The notes: generated by a model from the sequence alone, not told the origin. DNA of 64,000 bases from an uncultured Candidatus Saccharibacteria bacterium (GCA_964532425.1 CAZHIA010000003.1:5594-69593); one strand, 5' to 3'. Counted from the first letter of the stretch, positions 45,673 to 55,833 are shown. Numbers and translations are program-made.

Positions 45673-47105
45673 CAATTTCTAACAAGCATTTCCTTCACCA
45701 TTACCCACTCCTCTTTTCCCACAAACCCCGTCGCTAAAAGAACAACAATATATGTTCCTGCTCCGGCGGCCAAGGCCAAACCCAGGTTCATGTTCCGCAT
45801 CGGCCAGAGTACAACACCCATCACTGCGGCTGCCAGCAGCGGTTTAAAGAGCGATCTGAGAAAATCAAAATGCGTAATGGAAGACCGAACGAAATAGAAA
45901 TAGAAAGTCCCCTGGAGGAATTCGGAAGCTACGGTCATGCACGCAGCCGCTTTAATGCCAAACAGCGGAATCAGCAGCAAGTTGCCCGCAATGTTTATGA
46001 CGACATTGGCGCCCGTAATTGCTAGGGCTTTTTTTGTCAGCTGGGAAATAACCAAAGAATTGACCGGAATGTAGACGAAGAGAATAGCCGGCGCCCATAT
46101 AAGAATAGACAATACAGGTGCGGCAGCTTGGTACTGGGGACCGGCTACCAGCAGGATCAGTTTGGAAGAAAGCAGCATCCCCCCAACGGCCATAGGCAGT
46201 GCCGCCGCGATCATGAGCCGCACATACTTTTCCAAATGCCTCCGCACTTCGGCAATCGCTCCTCGCGACATAAGTGACGCGAAAAACGGAAAAAGCGTAT
46301 ACGATACGACCGACGGGAAAAATCCGAGCAGATCGAAAATCTTATACGCGGCAGTATAGTACCCCGTTTGTTCATAGCCTTTGAGCAGTGTAATCAAGAC
46401 GACATCTATGCGGTTATAGATGGCGGAGAAACCAACCAGCAGTGCAAACGGCCAGCCCTGGCGGAGTATGTCTTTGATCAACGAAAAATTGAACAGCTGC
46501 AACCCGCGGAGTATTTGCGGATCGCTCAGGTGCTTTTTAATAAAAATTCGATATAAAATCAAGTCTACTACCCCGAATACTAGTTGCACACTGGCCAAAT
46601 ACACGATATACCGGTGAAAAAAAATCGCCGTGAAAATGACCGAGACATTCACGACCGAGTTAATGAAGTTGATCCACGCCACTTTGCGCAAATCCTGATA
46701 CGCCGCCATGACTGCCAAATAGGGATACGTTAAAGCATTGGCAACCATACCGAGACCAGCCAAACCGATCCCAAAAAAGACGGCCCGGTCATAGTGCCTC
46801 AAGAATGCAATTCCGATCAGCGCAGCATACAGCACCGTCGCTATAACGATTTCAAAAGAAAAAAATTGATGGAAAAATTTGCGAGTCTCTCCGGGATTTT
46901 CGCTGATCTTTTTGGTGATGAACTGTTGAATACCGAAATCGACAATAGTCGAAAACAACAACACATACGACAAAATATACTGGTACTGTCCAGACCCGAA
47001 AGGCCCCAGATACCGGAACAACTGCGTGTATGCAAAAAACAACAGGACCAATGCGGCAACCCGGGACAACGTAAGCCAGAAGATGTTTTTTGAAACGACG
47101 TGCAT
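45672..47105 (-). CDS. wzx: Wzx-type polysaccharide flippase
   Basis: RYLGP..G, DFGI, IYNRIDVVLI, GYYTAAY, LLIPLFGIKAA; about 12-14 TM helices. Confidence 0.88.
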   Translation of the reverse strand: MHVVSKNIFWLTLSRVAALVLLFFAYTQLFRYLGPFGSGQYQYILSYVLLFSTIVDFGIQQFITKKISENPGETRKFFHQFFSFEIVIATVLYAALIGIAFLRHYDRAVFFGIGLAGLGMVANALTYPYLAVMAAYQDLRKVAWINFINSVVNVSVIFTAIFFHRYIVYLASVQLVFGVVDLILYRIFIKKHLSDPQILRGLQLFNFSLIKDILRQGWPFALLVGFSAIYNRIDVVLITLLKGYEQTGYYTAAYKIFDLLGFFPSVVSYTLFPFFASLMSRGAIAEVRRHLEKYVRLMIAAALPMAVGGMLLSSKLILLVAGPQYQAAAPVLSILIWAPAILFVYIPVNSLVISQLTKKALAITGANVVINIAGNLLLIPLFGIKAAACMTVASEFLQGTFYFYFVRSSITHFDFLRSLFKPLLAAAVMGVVLWPMRNMNLGLALAAGAGTYIVVLLATGFVGKEEWVMVKEMLVRN

Positions 47106-47252
47106 GGAAAAGTAAAAAGTTTAAAGTAAAAAGTTAAAAGTTAGGAACCAGAGCAGGCTGCAAGTATAGTACCATAATAGCCGTGATGACACCAAAGAAA
47201 TCGCGAGCAATGTTTGCCTCTTAACATGTGCAAGTCATGATATAATGTATAT

Positions 47253-48716
47253 ATGCTGAAAACCAAATTTTCTCCATTTTTTTTCTTACTTGTATTTGCA
47301 ATTGTGCCTTGGCCAGCTTCCGCTGATACTTCAGCCAGTTCTACGATCGGTGATATGAATACCGCAACAGCAACCGCGCCGACATTAACCATAGGAAACA
47401 GCGCGGCAATATCCACAACTACTGCAGGCTCGGTCCTTGGCCTGCAGGCCCCTGCCAAACCCCCGCTCATACAGGCAATCGAGAATGCCAAAGCGCAACT
47501 TGTTCCGGTCAGCTTGAACCATGCATTGACACCGGTCTCCAAGAACATCAAAAATAAAAAAACGAAAAAAACGACCAAGGTTATTACCGGGTATAACCTT
47601 ACGGCTAAAGATATTGCCCTGGCCATTCTCGATCCCGCCACTCAAAACGTTACCATTGTTAAAGGCATGCAGACCGGTAAAACCATGACCTTCAATGATC
47701 CGGCGGCGGATGTTAAATTGACCAGCTTCAATGGCGTCAATAGCCGCTTTTCCGTGAGCCGGCCTGCGGGAGGCACGGTCATTGCCCTAAAATATCTCAT
47801 CACCGGCACGGAATCCAGCAGCAAAGCAGCCATTGAGAATAGCATCTCGGAAGCCATCTACGTCCCCTATTCACCGGCACTTTCCAGCCCGGATGTCGTT
47901 GCCTATGGCGCCAATTACTTAAATGGTGTTATCAGACAGGTTACCGCAGGCTTGCAAGGCCTCCCTTCCCAGGCAGTACCCGGAAAAACCATCACCGAGG
48001 CCATCAAACCGTCACTGGTCAAGGCTCTGGTCTACGCCGAACATACGGATACCGGCAAGATCCTTTCCGGCAATCAAGATGACATCTTAGGCACCATAGA
48101 CCAGTTGAATATCTTGTTTGCTACCAACGAAGAAGACACCTACCGCTACAGCGTCAGCTCGGCCGGCGCCCGCGGTATTGCGCAATTTATGCCCTCCACG
48201 TACGCTTCACTGGTCCAGCGCCACCCTGAAGCGGCGCTGAATCCCGATTTTGTCGCGGGCATGTCCGACCATGTCAACGCCATTAAGGCCATGTATCTAC
48301 TCATCGACGACTATGCCGGTACGGTGCGCGTCAAAGCCCAGCAAGGCTATGCCGAAGGCCAACTGTTCGATTATGGAGCTGCTTCGTACAACGGCGGTAC
48401 CACGCGCGTAGCCAAGGCCGTCAATGCGTTCGGACAAAACTGGAACGCGGACCGGTCAGGCGAGATTGCCAGCATGCAGGCGCAAATCAATTCGCTGTCC
48501 TCGCAATCGAAAACCTTAGCTTCAAAGATCAAGAAGGCGAAGGACAAAAAGACCAAGGCTGATCTGCAGGCGCAGCTGTCCCAAGTCAAGAACCAGCTTG
48601 CCTCCACCTCAAACCAACTGGACACCATGCAATCAGCTACTCTGCGGAATGAAACTGTCAATTACCTGAAAAAAATCTACAATGTCATTCATGTCTTTAA
48701 TGACCAGCAGATTTAG
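47253..48716 (+). CDS. Secreted lytic transglycosylase (SLT-like) with C-terminal coiled coil
   Basis: Signal peptide; SSAGARGIAQFMPST (SLT motif II), ASYNGG, ETVNYLKK. Confidence 0.75.
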   Translation: MLKTKFSPFFFLLVFAIVPWPASADTSASSTIGDMNTATATAPTLTIGNSAAISTTTAGSVLGLQAPAKPPLIQAIENAKAQLVPVSLNHALTPVSKNIKNKKTKKTTKVITGYNLTAKDIALAILDPATQNVTIVKGMQTGKTMTFNDPAADVKLTSFNGVNSRFSVSRPAGGTVIALKYLITGTESSSKAAIENSISEAIYVPYSPALSSPDVVAYGANYLNGVIRQVTAGLQGLPSQAVPGKTITEAIKPSLVKALVYAEHTDTGKILSGNQDDILGTIDQLNILFATNEEDTYRYSVSSAGARGIAQFMPSTYASLVQRHPEAALNPDFVAGMSDHVNAIKAMYLLIDDYAGTVRVKAQQGYAEGQLFDYGAASYNGGTTRVAKAVNAFGQNWNADRSGEIASMQAQINSLSSQSKTLASKIKKAKDKKTKADLQAQLSQVKNQLASTSNQLDTMQSATLRNETVNYLKKIYNVIHVFNDQQI

Positions 48717-48861
48717 GAGTCCAACATTTAACATATGACAATTGACCCGTGACCCGTTCTGCTCCGCTCAGGGTCATTCTGAGCTTCCCGAAAAATGCTC
48801 ATTAACCTTTGACCCATACAACCCTGTTAATGGTTCAATGTCAATTATCAATTGTTTAAAT

Positions 48862-48896
48862 AAACCCCGTTCCGCGCAACTGCGGAACGGGGTTTT
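48862..48896. terminator. Bidirectional terminator
   Basis: AAACCCCGTTCCGC-GCAACT-GCGGAACGGGGTTT. Confidence 0.7.
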
Positions 48897-48897
48897 G

Positions 48898-49704
48898 TTA
48901 TACCTCTGCCTCAACCCGAGGCACGGTTTCGATCGAGGTCTTCCCTAGCGACTGCATGATACAGAGCCGAATCGCCTCGGCAACTTCGGAATCTTCAGCC
49001 ATGTCAGGCAGAGCCAGCTTGGCTGCCTCCGCATGCTTCTTGATCAAAGCGACGTGGCTACGGATGTCCTCAATCCTGATGAAGCCGAGCAAGAGCTGTT
49101 GCCTGAGCGAAAGCGCAATACGCGCATGATCATTGGTGACCAGCTCCTGCAGCTCATCTTCGCTGAGCGGATGGCCTTCGATGACCTCCAGCTCGGACAA
49201 GGGCGCACTTATAGCACTGAGCAAGGACCTAATTCTTTCGGCTATCGAGTCGGGATTGCCGCCGGTCGGACCCTCAACGAGCGTCCGTAAAAGTGATTGG
49301 GCATGCGTTATGGTTTTCCGGCGCCGGTACTCGTCGAAACTTGCCTGCGCTTCATCCACCACTTCTCCAAAAAACTTGTGGTCGACGCCAAGCTGGTTAA
49401 ATTCCAAACCGAGCGACTTCAGGTGGTCAGCAACATCCAGGCCGATGTTTATCGGCTGGCGAGCTCCCCGCTTGTCATACTCCTCGGGTTCTGAGCAGAG
49501 CAATCCCTGCATAGTCCGGAGCACATAGACTGTTGCATCCAGGCGCGAGGCTTCAGCATGGTGAGCAGCCATAACGCGCTCCATTTCGGCCTTATGCTCA
49601 GCTTTGAGCAATTTGATCTTGTGGAATTGCATAAACAACAGAGCCCACCCCACGACACCGATAGCAACAACCACGAGGTCAAAAAATACTATTCGATCGA
49701 ACAT
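48898..49704 (-). CDS. Hypothetical protein with N-terminal TM and helical body
   Basis: AGGAGG SD; TTGACA-17-TTTAAT at 49845-49817. Confidence 0.65.
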   Translation of the reverse strand: MFDRIVFFDLVVVAIGVVGWALLFMQFHKIKLLKAEHKAEMERVMAAHHAEASRLDATVYVLRTMQGLLCSEPEEYDKRGARQPINIGLDVADHLKSLGLEFNQLGVDHKFFGEVVDEAQASFDEYRRRKTITHAQSLLRTLVEGPTGGNPDSIAERIRSLLSAISAPLSELEVIEGHPLSEDELQELVTNDHARIALSLRQQLLLGFIRIEDIRSHVALIKKHAEAAKLALPDMAEDSEVAEAIRLCIMQSLGKTSIETVPRVEAEV

Positions 49705-49923
49705 GCTTCATTCCTCCTGTTTCCTTTCTCACTCCCTTGCCAGACCGCCTGCTTGGCAGCTGGACTCGCAAGAAAGCGCATTCAGCCCGCTGATGGTTGT
49801 TTTGGTTTTACCTGTAATTAAAGCATTTCCCAACCCAAATGTCAATTGAGGCACCAATACTAAATAAAACTGCCTTTGTATGTCAACAAAGGCAGTGCTA
49901 CTTACCTAAAACCGGCGTATTAC

Positions 49924-50346
49924 TTATTGATTATTGAATGCGTGGTCAAATTCCCGGTTTACTTCCAGCCGCAAAGCCCGGCGGTGCGCCCATGCGCCTA
50001 GCCGAGCTGCGGCGATGAACGATCCGCCAATTGCCGCACAAGCGCTCAACATGAATTCAGCATCCTGCAGCCCTCTGCCGGCGTGGCGCGAGAAATAGAC
50101 CCAACCGCCATTTCCCACAGCCAGAATTAGAGTCTCGATCGCTAATCGGAGCTTATTTGCCGTCCCCTTGAGAACGCCTTCTTTCGCGGCTATCCAAACT
50201 TCGCCAATCATAATCATGGAAAAGATCAGGCAGACGAAACTAGCGAAGGCATTGAACTCCCAGTGAGCCACGGAGGCGTAAATAATCAGCGCGTCCGCAC
50301 CAAGGAAAAGGACAAACATCCATTCATACAACAATCGCAGCCACAT
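49924..50346 (-). CDS. Hypothetical 4-TM membrane protein
   Basis: AGGAGG SD before ATG 50346; four hydrophobic segments; terminator near 49866-49896. Confidence 0.6.
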   Translation of the reverse strand: MWLRLLYEWMFVLFLGADALIIYASVAHWEFNAFASFVCLIFSMIMIGEVWIAAKEGVLKGTANKLRLAIETLILAVGNGGWVYFSRHAGRGLQDAEFMLSACAAIGGSFIAAARLGAWAHRRALRLEVNREFDHAFNNQ

Positions 50347-50474
50347 ACATTCCTCCTGTTTTTGTTTGAGATGAATACCTATCATTTAAGCATATCGTTA
50401 CCCATACGTCAATCTCCCAATTAAAACAAACCCTCCCGGAAATCTCCAGGAGGGTTTCGAACTTGCACGAAGTT

Positions 50475-50975
50475 TCATTTTACCGGGTTTTCCGGAGCTG
50501 GCGCCGGGGTGTCGTACACCATCGGCAGGCGCTGGGCGAGAAATTGATTGATCAGCTTGCAGCCGGAATCAATCTGCTTCCTTTTGTCCGGCGAAACACC
50601 ACCCCCCAATAAGAATTCAATTTCGTCAAGCCAGCCAGTTGCCAAGTCCCGGCTCAGTTCGAACACGGCTGAAACCGGGTGCGTCTCGCCTACTCCGAGA
50701 CAAAATCGGTTTCCACTACCGATCCCCATTTTCCTGTTTTTAAGTTTGCTCAAGCACCAACCCTGGGGATATTGTTTTGGATTTCCCAAACAGTTGTGAA
50801 CCACATACCCGCGAGGAAACACAGTGCGGTGACCAAATGTTTCACCCAGCCAAACAATCAGAGCATCGATTGATTGGCGATTCTTTTCCATCAGCTGAGA
50901 GTAATCGCTCCCATACCTGAGCAGTCGGCTTACCGCTTCCGTGAGAGAAGCATTCAAGGCATTAGCAAACGACAT
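50475..50975 (-). CDS. Hypothetical protein
   Basis: TTGACA-17-TATAAT upstream; terminator near 50428-50457. Confidence 0.55.
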   Translation of the reverse strand: MSFANALNASLTEAVSRLLRYGSDYSQLMEKNRQSIDALIVWLGETFGHRTVFPRGYVVHNCLGNPKQYPQGWCLSKLKNRKMGIGSGNRFCLGVGETHPVSAVFELSRDLATGWLDEIEFLLGGGVSPDKRKQIDSGCKLINQFLAQRLPMVYDTPAPAPENPVK

Positions 50976-51125
50976 TGCAGTACTCCGTGTTTTAGGTCCA
51001 CTTGACCGTTGAGTGTCCTCCTTACATCAGGACTGGCTATTATAATACAACGAGACCGTCCTGTCAAGAGCAACAAAAAACGCAAGGCCGGGTTTCAAAC
51101 CCGACCTTGCGAATGTGAGTGAGTT

Positions 51126-52994
51126 CTATTTTTCTATCGTATCACCCTTGCCGTAACCATCCACTTCCGACTGCGGTAATGTGGTAATCTGCTTCGGCTT
51201 GATTCTGCGGTTGTTGAAGGCTTTCAGAGTTAGCGGCCTCAGCTGTCCTTTTTGCACCAGATAGACCGTACCGTCCTTGTCACCCTTGATGATCGTGCCA
51301 TCCTTGGGCGGGACCGGCATGCCAAGCTGCCACGTACTGGCTACGTCCTGGGAAAAGACGTAATCAGGAGTAATCTTGCGCTGCTTGATCACATAATCGG
51401 AGATGGGGTGCATGGACCCTTCCTTATACTCGTATTGCTGCCCGGTCTTAGAACCGATGGCGAAGAACGTGTAATCTTTAGGCGCCGCAAATCCTCCGGC
51501 TGGCAGCGCGTCCACCTCCTCGGGAGCCAACGAAGCAATCTGCTTATAGCTGAATCCGCGGTTCTTGAAGATTTCACCGAGCACCGGCTGTTTCAGACCA
51601 TTCTGGATCTGATAGACCGTACCGCTATTACTGGCTTTGACCAGAGTGCCGTCAAGCGGCGGCACGAAGCCGTTTTGCGTATACGTGGAAATCTCATCAT
51701 CCGGCACGGAATAGATGGACTTGGCCGTCACCTTGCGCTGGCCGAACGTAAAGGCCGAAAATAGCTTAATCTTGCCGTCCTGGACCAAATATACGGCCTT
51801 ATTCGTGACTCCGCGGATGACCGTGCCGTCTTTCGGCGGCAAGACTGTTCCGTTGTCGAACAGCATGGCATCCTGAGCGCTGACGGTAATTACCTTTTCC
51901 GGATTGAGACCGCGTTGTTTGAGCACTAAGTCAGACGCCAGGTGTTTGATATTATTCTGGAACAAATATTTTTTATTCTCTCCCGCTACCGTCACGATGG
52001 TATCATCGACCGGACCTAAAACCTTGTCGGTTTGATAGCTGTCGAACTCATTCGGAGAAACGACAACTGTGGTGTTCAAATTCAAATTGCGGGCTTGGGC
52101 GACGAACAACGGCACCAATTGTTTGACTCCATTCTGAATTATGTACGTATCGAGCCCGTTGGCGAGCTTCAGGAGCGTACCGTTTGGATATTTGAACCAA
52201 GCCTGAAAATATTTCCAAAAATTATAATTGCCGTTATAGACATGCGGCGTAAAACGGTATAGCGCGGCAGTCGCGCGGTTGGAAAGCTGCAGGGTCTGCT
52301 GCGGCATAATGCCGTCATAGCCGCCCATAGTGTTTTCCAAAGTAATGACGTCCCCGACATGGGAAACGCTGCCGTTGAATTCCGGCCCGCGCCCATTCGG
52401 CGTGGAAAATGATTTCATCAAGGATTTGGCAGCGCCTAAATAACGGTTGCCGCTGGAATCGAAATTCCCGAACAGTTGATAATAGAATCCCGGGTACATA
52501 CTCTGGCTGCAGCCGGTGCTATCGGGGCAGCCGAAGCCCAAAGCAAAATCCAGCGCCCGCTGGAGTCCCTGCTGGTTCGGATCGGAAAAGGCGGTAATCA
52601 GCCCCTGTTCCTTATTGAGTGTGACCAAAATAACTTGCGGGTTCAGGCCGCTGGCCCGCGATGCGTCCCAGATCAATTCGGCTGCCGTACGCAAACGCCC
52701 GAGATTCGGCTGTGGATCATCAAGCCCTTGTTTGAGCATGGTCACCGTCGGCTCTTTGAGTTTGACCAAAAAATCAGGACTCGTATTGGCTAGGACCGAC
52801 CCCTTAATTTCCAGAAACTTTTGAATACCCTGCGGCCCGCCGAATGTTTCCATATCGCCAAACACCTTATCGTCAATAAGTTTTTCCGGATTGAACGCCG
52901 AGTCAACCGCCTGGCCTTGTGCCAGGGCAGGAAGCGGCAATAAGACCAACATGATTATCACAAGCAGCTTGGCGAATTTTTTATTGATGGGCAT
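51126..52994 (-). CDS. Secreted protein with N-terminal putative enzymatic domain and C-terminal PxDGTxxKG repeats
   Basis: Signal peptide; LNPQVILVTLNKEQGL, GFGCPD, NRATAALYRFTPH; five or six repeats such as PKDGTVIRG, PLDGTLVKA. Confidence 0.7.
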   Translation of the reverse strand: MPINKKFAKLLVIIMLVLLPLPALAQGQAVDSAFNPEKLIDDKVFGDMETFGGPQGIQKFLEIKGSVLANTSPDFLVKLKEPTVTMLKQGLDDPQPNLGRLRTAAELIWDASRASGLNPQVILVTLNKEQGLITAFSDPNQQGLQRALDFALGFGCPDSTGCSQSMYPGFYYQLFGNFDSSGNRYLGAAKSLMKSFSTPNGRGPEFNGSVSHVGDVITLENTMGGYDGIMPQQTLQLSNRATAALYRFTPHVYNGNYNFWKYFQAWFKYPNGTLLKLANGLDTYIIQNGVKQLVPLFVAQARNLNLNTTVVVSPNEFDSYQTDKVLGPVDDTIVTVAGENKKYLFQNNIKHLASDLVLKQRGLNPEKVITVSAQDAMLFDNGTVLPPKDGTVIRGVTNKAVYLVQDGKIKLFSAFTFGQRKVTAKSIYSVPDDEISTYTQNGFVPPLDGTLVKASNSGTVYQIQNGLKQPVLGEIFKNRGFSYKQIASLAPEEVDALPAGGFAAPKDYTFFAIGSKTGQQYEYKEGSMHPISDYVIKQRKITPDYVFSQDVASTWQLGMPVPPKDGTIIKGDKDGTVYLVQKGQLRPLTLKAFNNRRIKPKQITTLPQSEVDGYGKGDTIEK

Positions 52995-53016
52995 AGAGTA
53001 TCCGGTTAATGTTTTT

Positions 53017-53154
53017 AGTAGAAATTCATTGAAACTGATTGAAATTAGTCGTGTCTCACGATTAGTTTCAATAAATTTCTACCAGTTTCTATTAATTTCG
53101 TGCAGTATGCAGCAACAATTTTGTCAATTTAAAATTTTGCTCAATTTTGTCAAT
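53017..53154. repeat. 10-nt inverted repeat hairpin plus a 9-mer half arm
   Basis: TAGAAATTCATTGAAACTGATTGAAATTAG / TTAGTTTCAATAAATTTCTACCAGTTTCTATTAATTTC, then AATTTTGTC units. Confidence 0.65.
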
Positions 53155-55004
53155 TATAATATATACGCTTCCCCTTTCGGGTAGTTCGGTACATCCTTGT
53201 CCGAGATTATAAAAAGCGGAAATACGTTAAGACCGCGCTGCAGGTAGAAACCGCGGTTAATGGGATGCAAAGCTCCGGCCACTACCCAATATACGGTCTG
53301 GCCGCGGCTGCCCCGGACCAGCGTACCGTCAGTCGGCGCCAAAAACGGCCCTGTAATCCACGAACTGACTTCCGGGTAACTGACCGTGTTAACATCGCTG
53401 AATTTGAAACCGCGCTGCTGAAAAACCTGGTATGTAACCGGCTGCTTTAAACCTTTGGAAATTATATAGACCGTACCGTCGGAGATACCTTTAACCAGGG
53501 TATTTTCGAGCGGAGTCGCATATGCCCCCTCCGGATACATGCTGAGCTTGGCTTGGGACACAATCTTAATGCCGATGCCAAAGAAGCGCTGATTATAGAC
53601 AAAAGAAGAAACAAGCCGCCGCTGGCCGCCCGCAATCTGGTACACCGCATCGGAGTCCTGAGATTTGACCAAGTCACCATCCATAATAGCCGTCACCAGA
53701 TCGCTCTGAAGCGCTTTCACCACATTAATCCTGCCGGTTCCCAGCTTGCCTTTGCACGAACCGCCGCCGCATTGAGTCAGGTTCAAATCATCTATCGGAT
53801 CGACTGCGGAAACAATTCGGTCGCGAATCTGGATATTGGTCGCTGTTGGATACATGGCTTTCAGCAGCACCGCTTCGGCTGAAACGAATGGTGCAGCCAA
53901 GCTGGTCCCAGAAACGTAGGCATACGAATTCGGAGCCAGATTGTTGTTCACCGGCTCATGGTTGATGGTGGAAAGAATGCGCTTGCCCGGGGCGGACACG
54001 TCGATACAATTTTTGCCATAATTGGAAAAAGTAGGCTTCAGGTCATTCTGATCCACCGCAGCTACGCCGATGACCATATTTTGGTCATTATCATTGCAAA
54101 TAGGAAAGACCGGTTTTGCATCAAGATCGCCTCCCGTGGTAGCAACATCGTTTCCGGCAGCGGCAACAATAACCACTCCTTTACCGAATGCGTAAGAAAT
54201 GGCGCTGGCCAGGGCAGCATCATGGGAGAAACCACTGCCACCGAGACTAATATTGATAATAGATGCTTTATGATCGGTGGCCCACACAATAGCTTCTGCC
54301 ACGGTTGCGGCATCACCCCGGCCTTCTGCGTCGAGGGCTTTGAGCGGCATAACCGTCACATTCCAGGCGCCACCTGCAATCCCCTTGTTATTATTCGGTA
54401 CGGCAGCCAAAATCCCGGCGATCAGCGTGCCATGACCGTTATCATCGGAATTCACGTCACCACGGAGGGGCTGGTTGGCCACAAAATCAAAACCGTCAGC
54501 CTTGCGGATACCTTGAAGGTCCTCATGGGTAAAATCTATGCCAGTATCGATGATAGCCACAGTCGCGGTAGCGGTACCGGTAGTTTTTTCCCAGGCAATC
54601 GGGAACCCCGCCTTGGTAAGACCCCACTGTTTGTCAATATCCCGGGGATTCAAAGTAAACCCAGGGTCATTAACCGTCACGGTCTCTTCCTGCATCTGGC
54701 CTAAAGGCTCCAGGGATACCACCGATGACCCGAAGCGGCGCTGTAGTTCCTCTAAAGAATATACGGAGCGGAAGGTATAAATGTTTCTGAATTGCTGTTC
54801 ATGAGAAAAAACAAACCGATGGCGCACATCAGTCCCCGCCTGCTGCAGCACGGCTGCATCATCTGATTTCAATTGTACGACGTAGGAGGCTGGGGCTGAC
54901 GCATTCGCTGGTGCGGTGATACTGCCGGCCATAGCAAAAAAAACTGAGAATATCAGTACGGTTATCGTGATGTGCGTGCGTTGTGAGGCTACCTTTAATT
55001 CCAT
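53154..55004 (-). CDS. Secreted subtilisin-like S8 serine protease with C-terminal repeats
   Basis: Catalytic triad motifs IIDTGID, HGT, SGTSLAAP; AAAGN; C-terminal DGDLVKS and DGTLVRG repeats. Confidence 0.93.
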   Translation of the reverse strand: MELKVASQRTHITITVLIFSVFFAMAGSITAPANASAPASYVVQLKSDDAAVLQQAGTDVRHRFVFSHEQQFRNIYTFRSVYSLEELQRRFGSSVVSLEPLGQMQEETVTVNDPGFTLNPRDIDKQWGLTKAGFPIAWEKTTGTATATVAIIDTGIDFTHEDLQGIRKADGFDFVANQPLRGDVNSDDNGHGTLIAGILAAVPNNNKGIAGGAWNVTVMPLKALDAEGRGDAATVAEAIVWATDHKASIINISLGGSGFSHDAALASAISYAFGKGVVIVAAAGNDVATTGGDLDAKPVFPICNDNDQNMVIGVAAVDQNDLKPTFSNYGKNCIDVSAPGKRILSTINHEPVNNNLAPNSYAYVSGTSLAAPFVSAEAVLLKAMYPTATNIQIRDRIVSAVDPIDDLNLTQCGGGSCKGKLGTGRINVVKALQSDLVTAIMDGDLVKSQDSDAVYQIAGGQRRLVSSFVYNQRFFGIGIKIVSQAKLSMYPEGAYATPLENTLVKGISDGTVYIISKGLKQPVTYQVFQQRGFKFSDVNTVSYPEVSSWITGPFLAPTDGTLVRGSRGQTVYWVVAGALHPINRGFYLQRGLNVFPLFIISDKDVPNYPKGEAYIL

Positions 55005-55113
55005 TAAAAATTCAGATTATTCAATGGTTCCATACGGGAATCCATGGCTCACGTCGGGCGAGGCGAACCACCGCTTCCTATAAACTATAACCTACAAACT
55101 ATAAACTATTCCC

Positions 55114-55833
55114 TTATTTGTACTTTCCCGACCACAAATTCAACCGTACTTGAATAACTTCAAGTAGCATGTTGACCATGCCGGAAAACTTCACATGACT
55201 TGCCTCGTCATTGACCCACGTAATAGGCAGCTCCTGGATCTTGCAGCGGGAGCGTCGCGCCAGGGCAAGGATCTCGACATCAAAGGCCCAGCGGTAAATG
55301 GTCTGTTTGGGAAAAATGGCTTGGGCTGATTTGGCCGTAAAAGCCTTAAATCCGCATTGAGTGTCAGTGACACCGACCGGCACCAGAATATGGACAATAG
55401 TCCTAAAGCACCAGCCGAGAAATTCCCGGATCATTTTTTGATCCTTGGCCACATGCGAGCCGGCAATGCGCCGGGACCCGACCACCGCATCAAACCCCTG
55501 GTCAAAGTAAGGCAAGAAATTGCCGATTTCGTCGATCTTGGTGGAGTTGTCCGCATCCATAAATACGCGAACATCTCCGCTTGCTTCCAGCATGCCCTGC
55601 TTGACCACCCACCCTTTCCCGTGATTTTCCTGGTTGTCCAGCAAGCGAATACGCGGAATTTGCGGCTGTAGTTGTTTCACTACTTCGGCGGTATTGTCTT
55701 TGGAACCGTCATTCACCACCACAATCTCCGACTCATAACTCTGCGCCGACAGGTATTCATTGACTGAAATGAGGGTGTGGGAAATGCGGGATGCCTCGTT
55801 ATACGCCGGTATAACGACCGATAATTTTTTCAT
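55114..55833 (-). CDS. Polyprenyl-phosphate glycosyltransferase (dolichyl-phosphate beta-glucosyltransferase-like, GT2)
   Basis: VIPAYNE, NDGSKD, NHGKG, FMDAD, DTQCGFK, WAFDVE. Confidence 0.92.
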   Translation of the reverse strand: MKKLSVVIPAYNEASRISHTLISVNEYLSAQSYESEIVVVNDGSKDNTAEVVKQLQPQIPRIRLLDNQENHGKGWVVKQGMLEASGDVRVFMDADNSTKIDEIGNFLPYFDQGFDAVVGSRRIAGSHVAKDQKMIREFLGWCFRTIVHILVPVGVTDTQCGFKAFTAKSAQAIFPKQTIYRWAFDVEILALARRSRCKIQELPITWVNDEASHVKFSGMVNMLLEVIQVRLNLWSGKYK

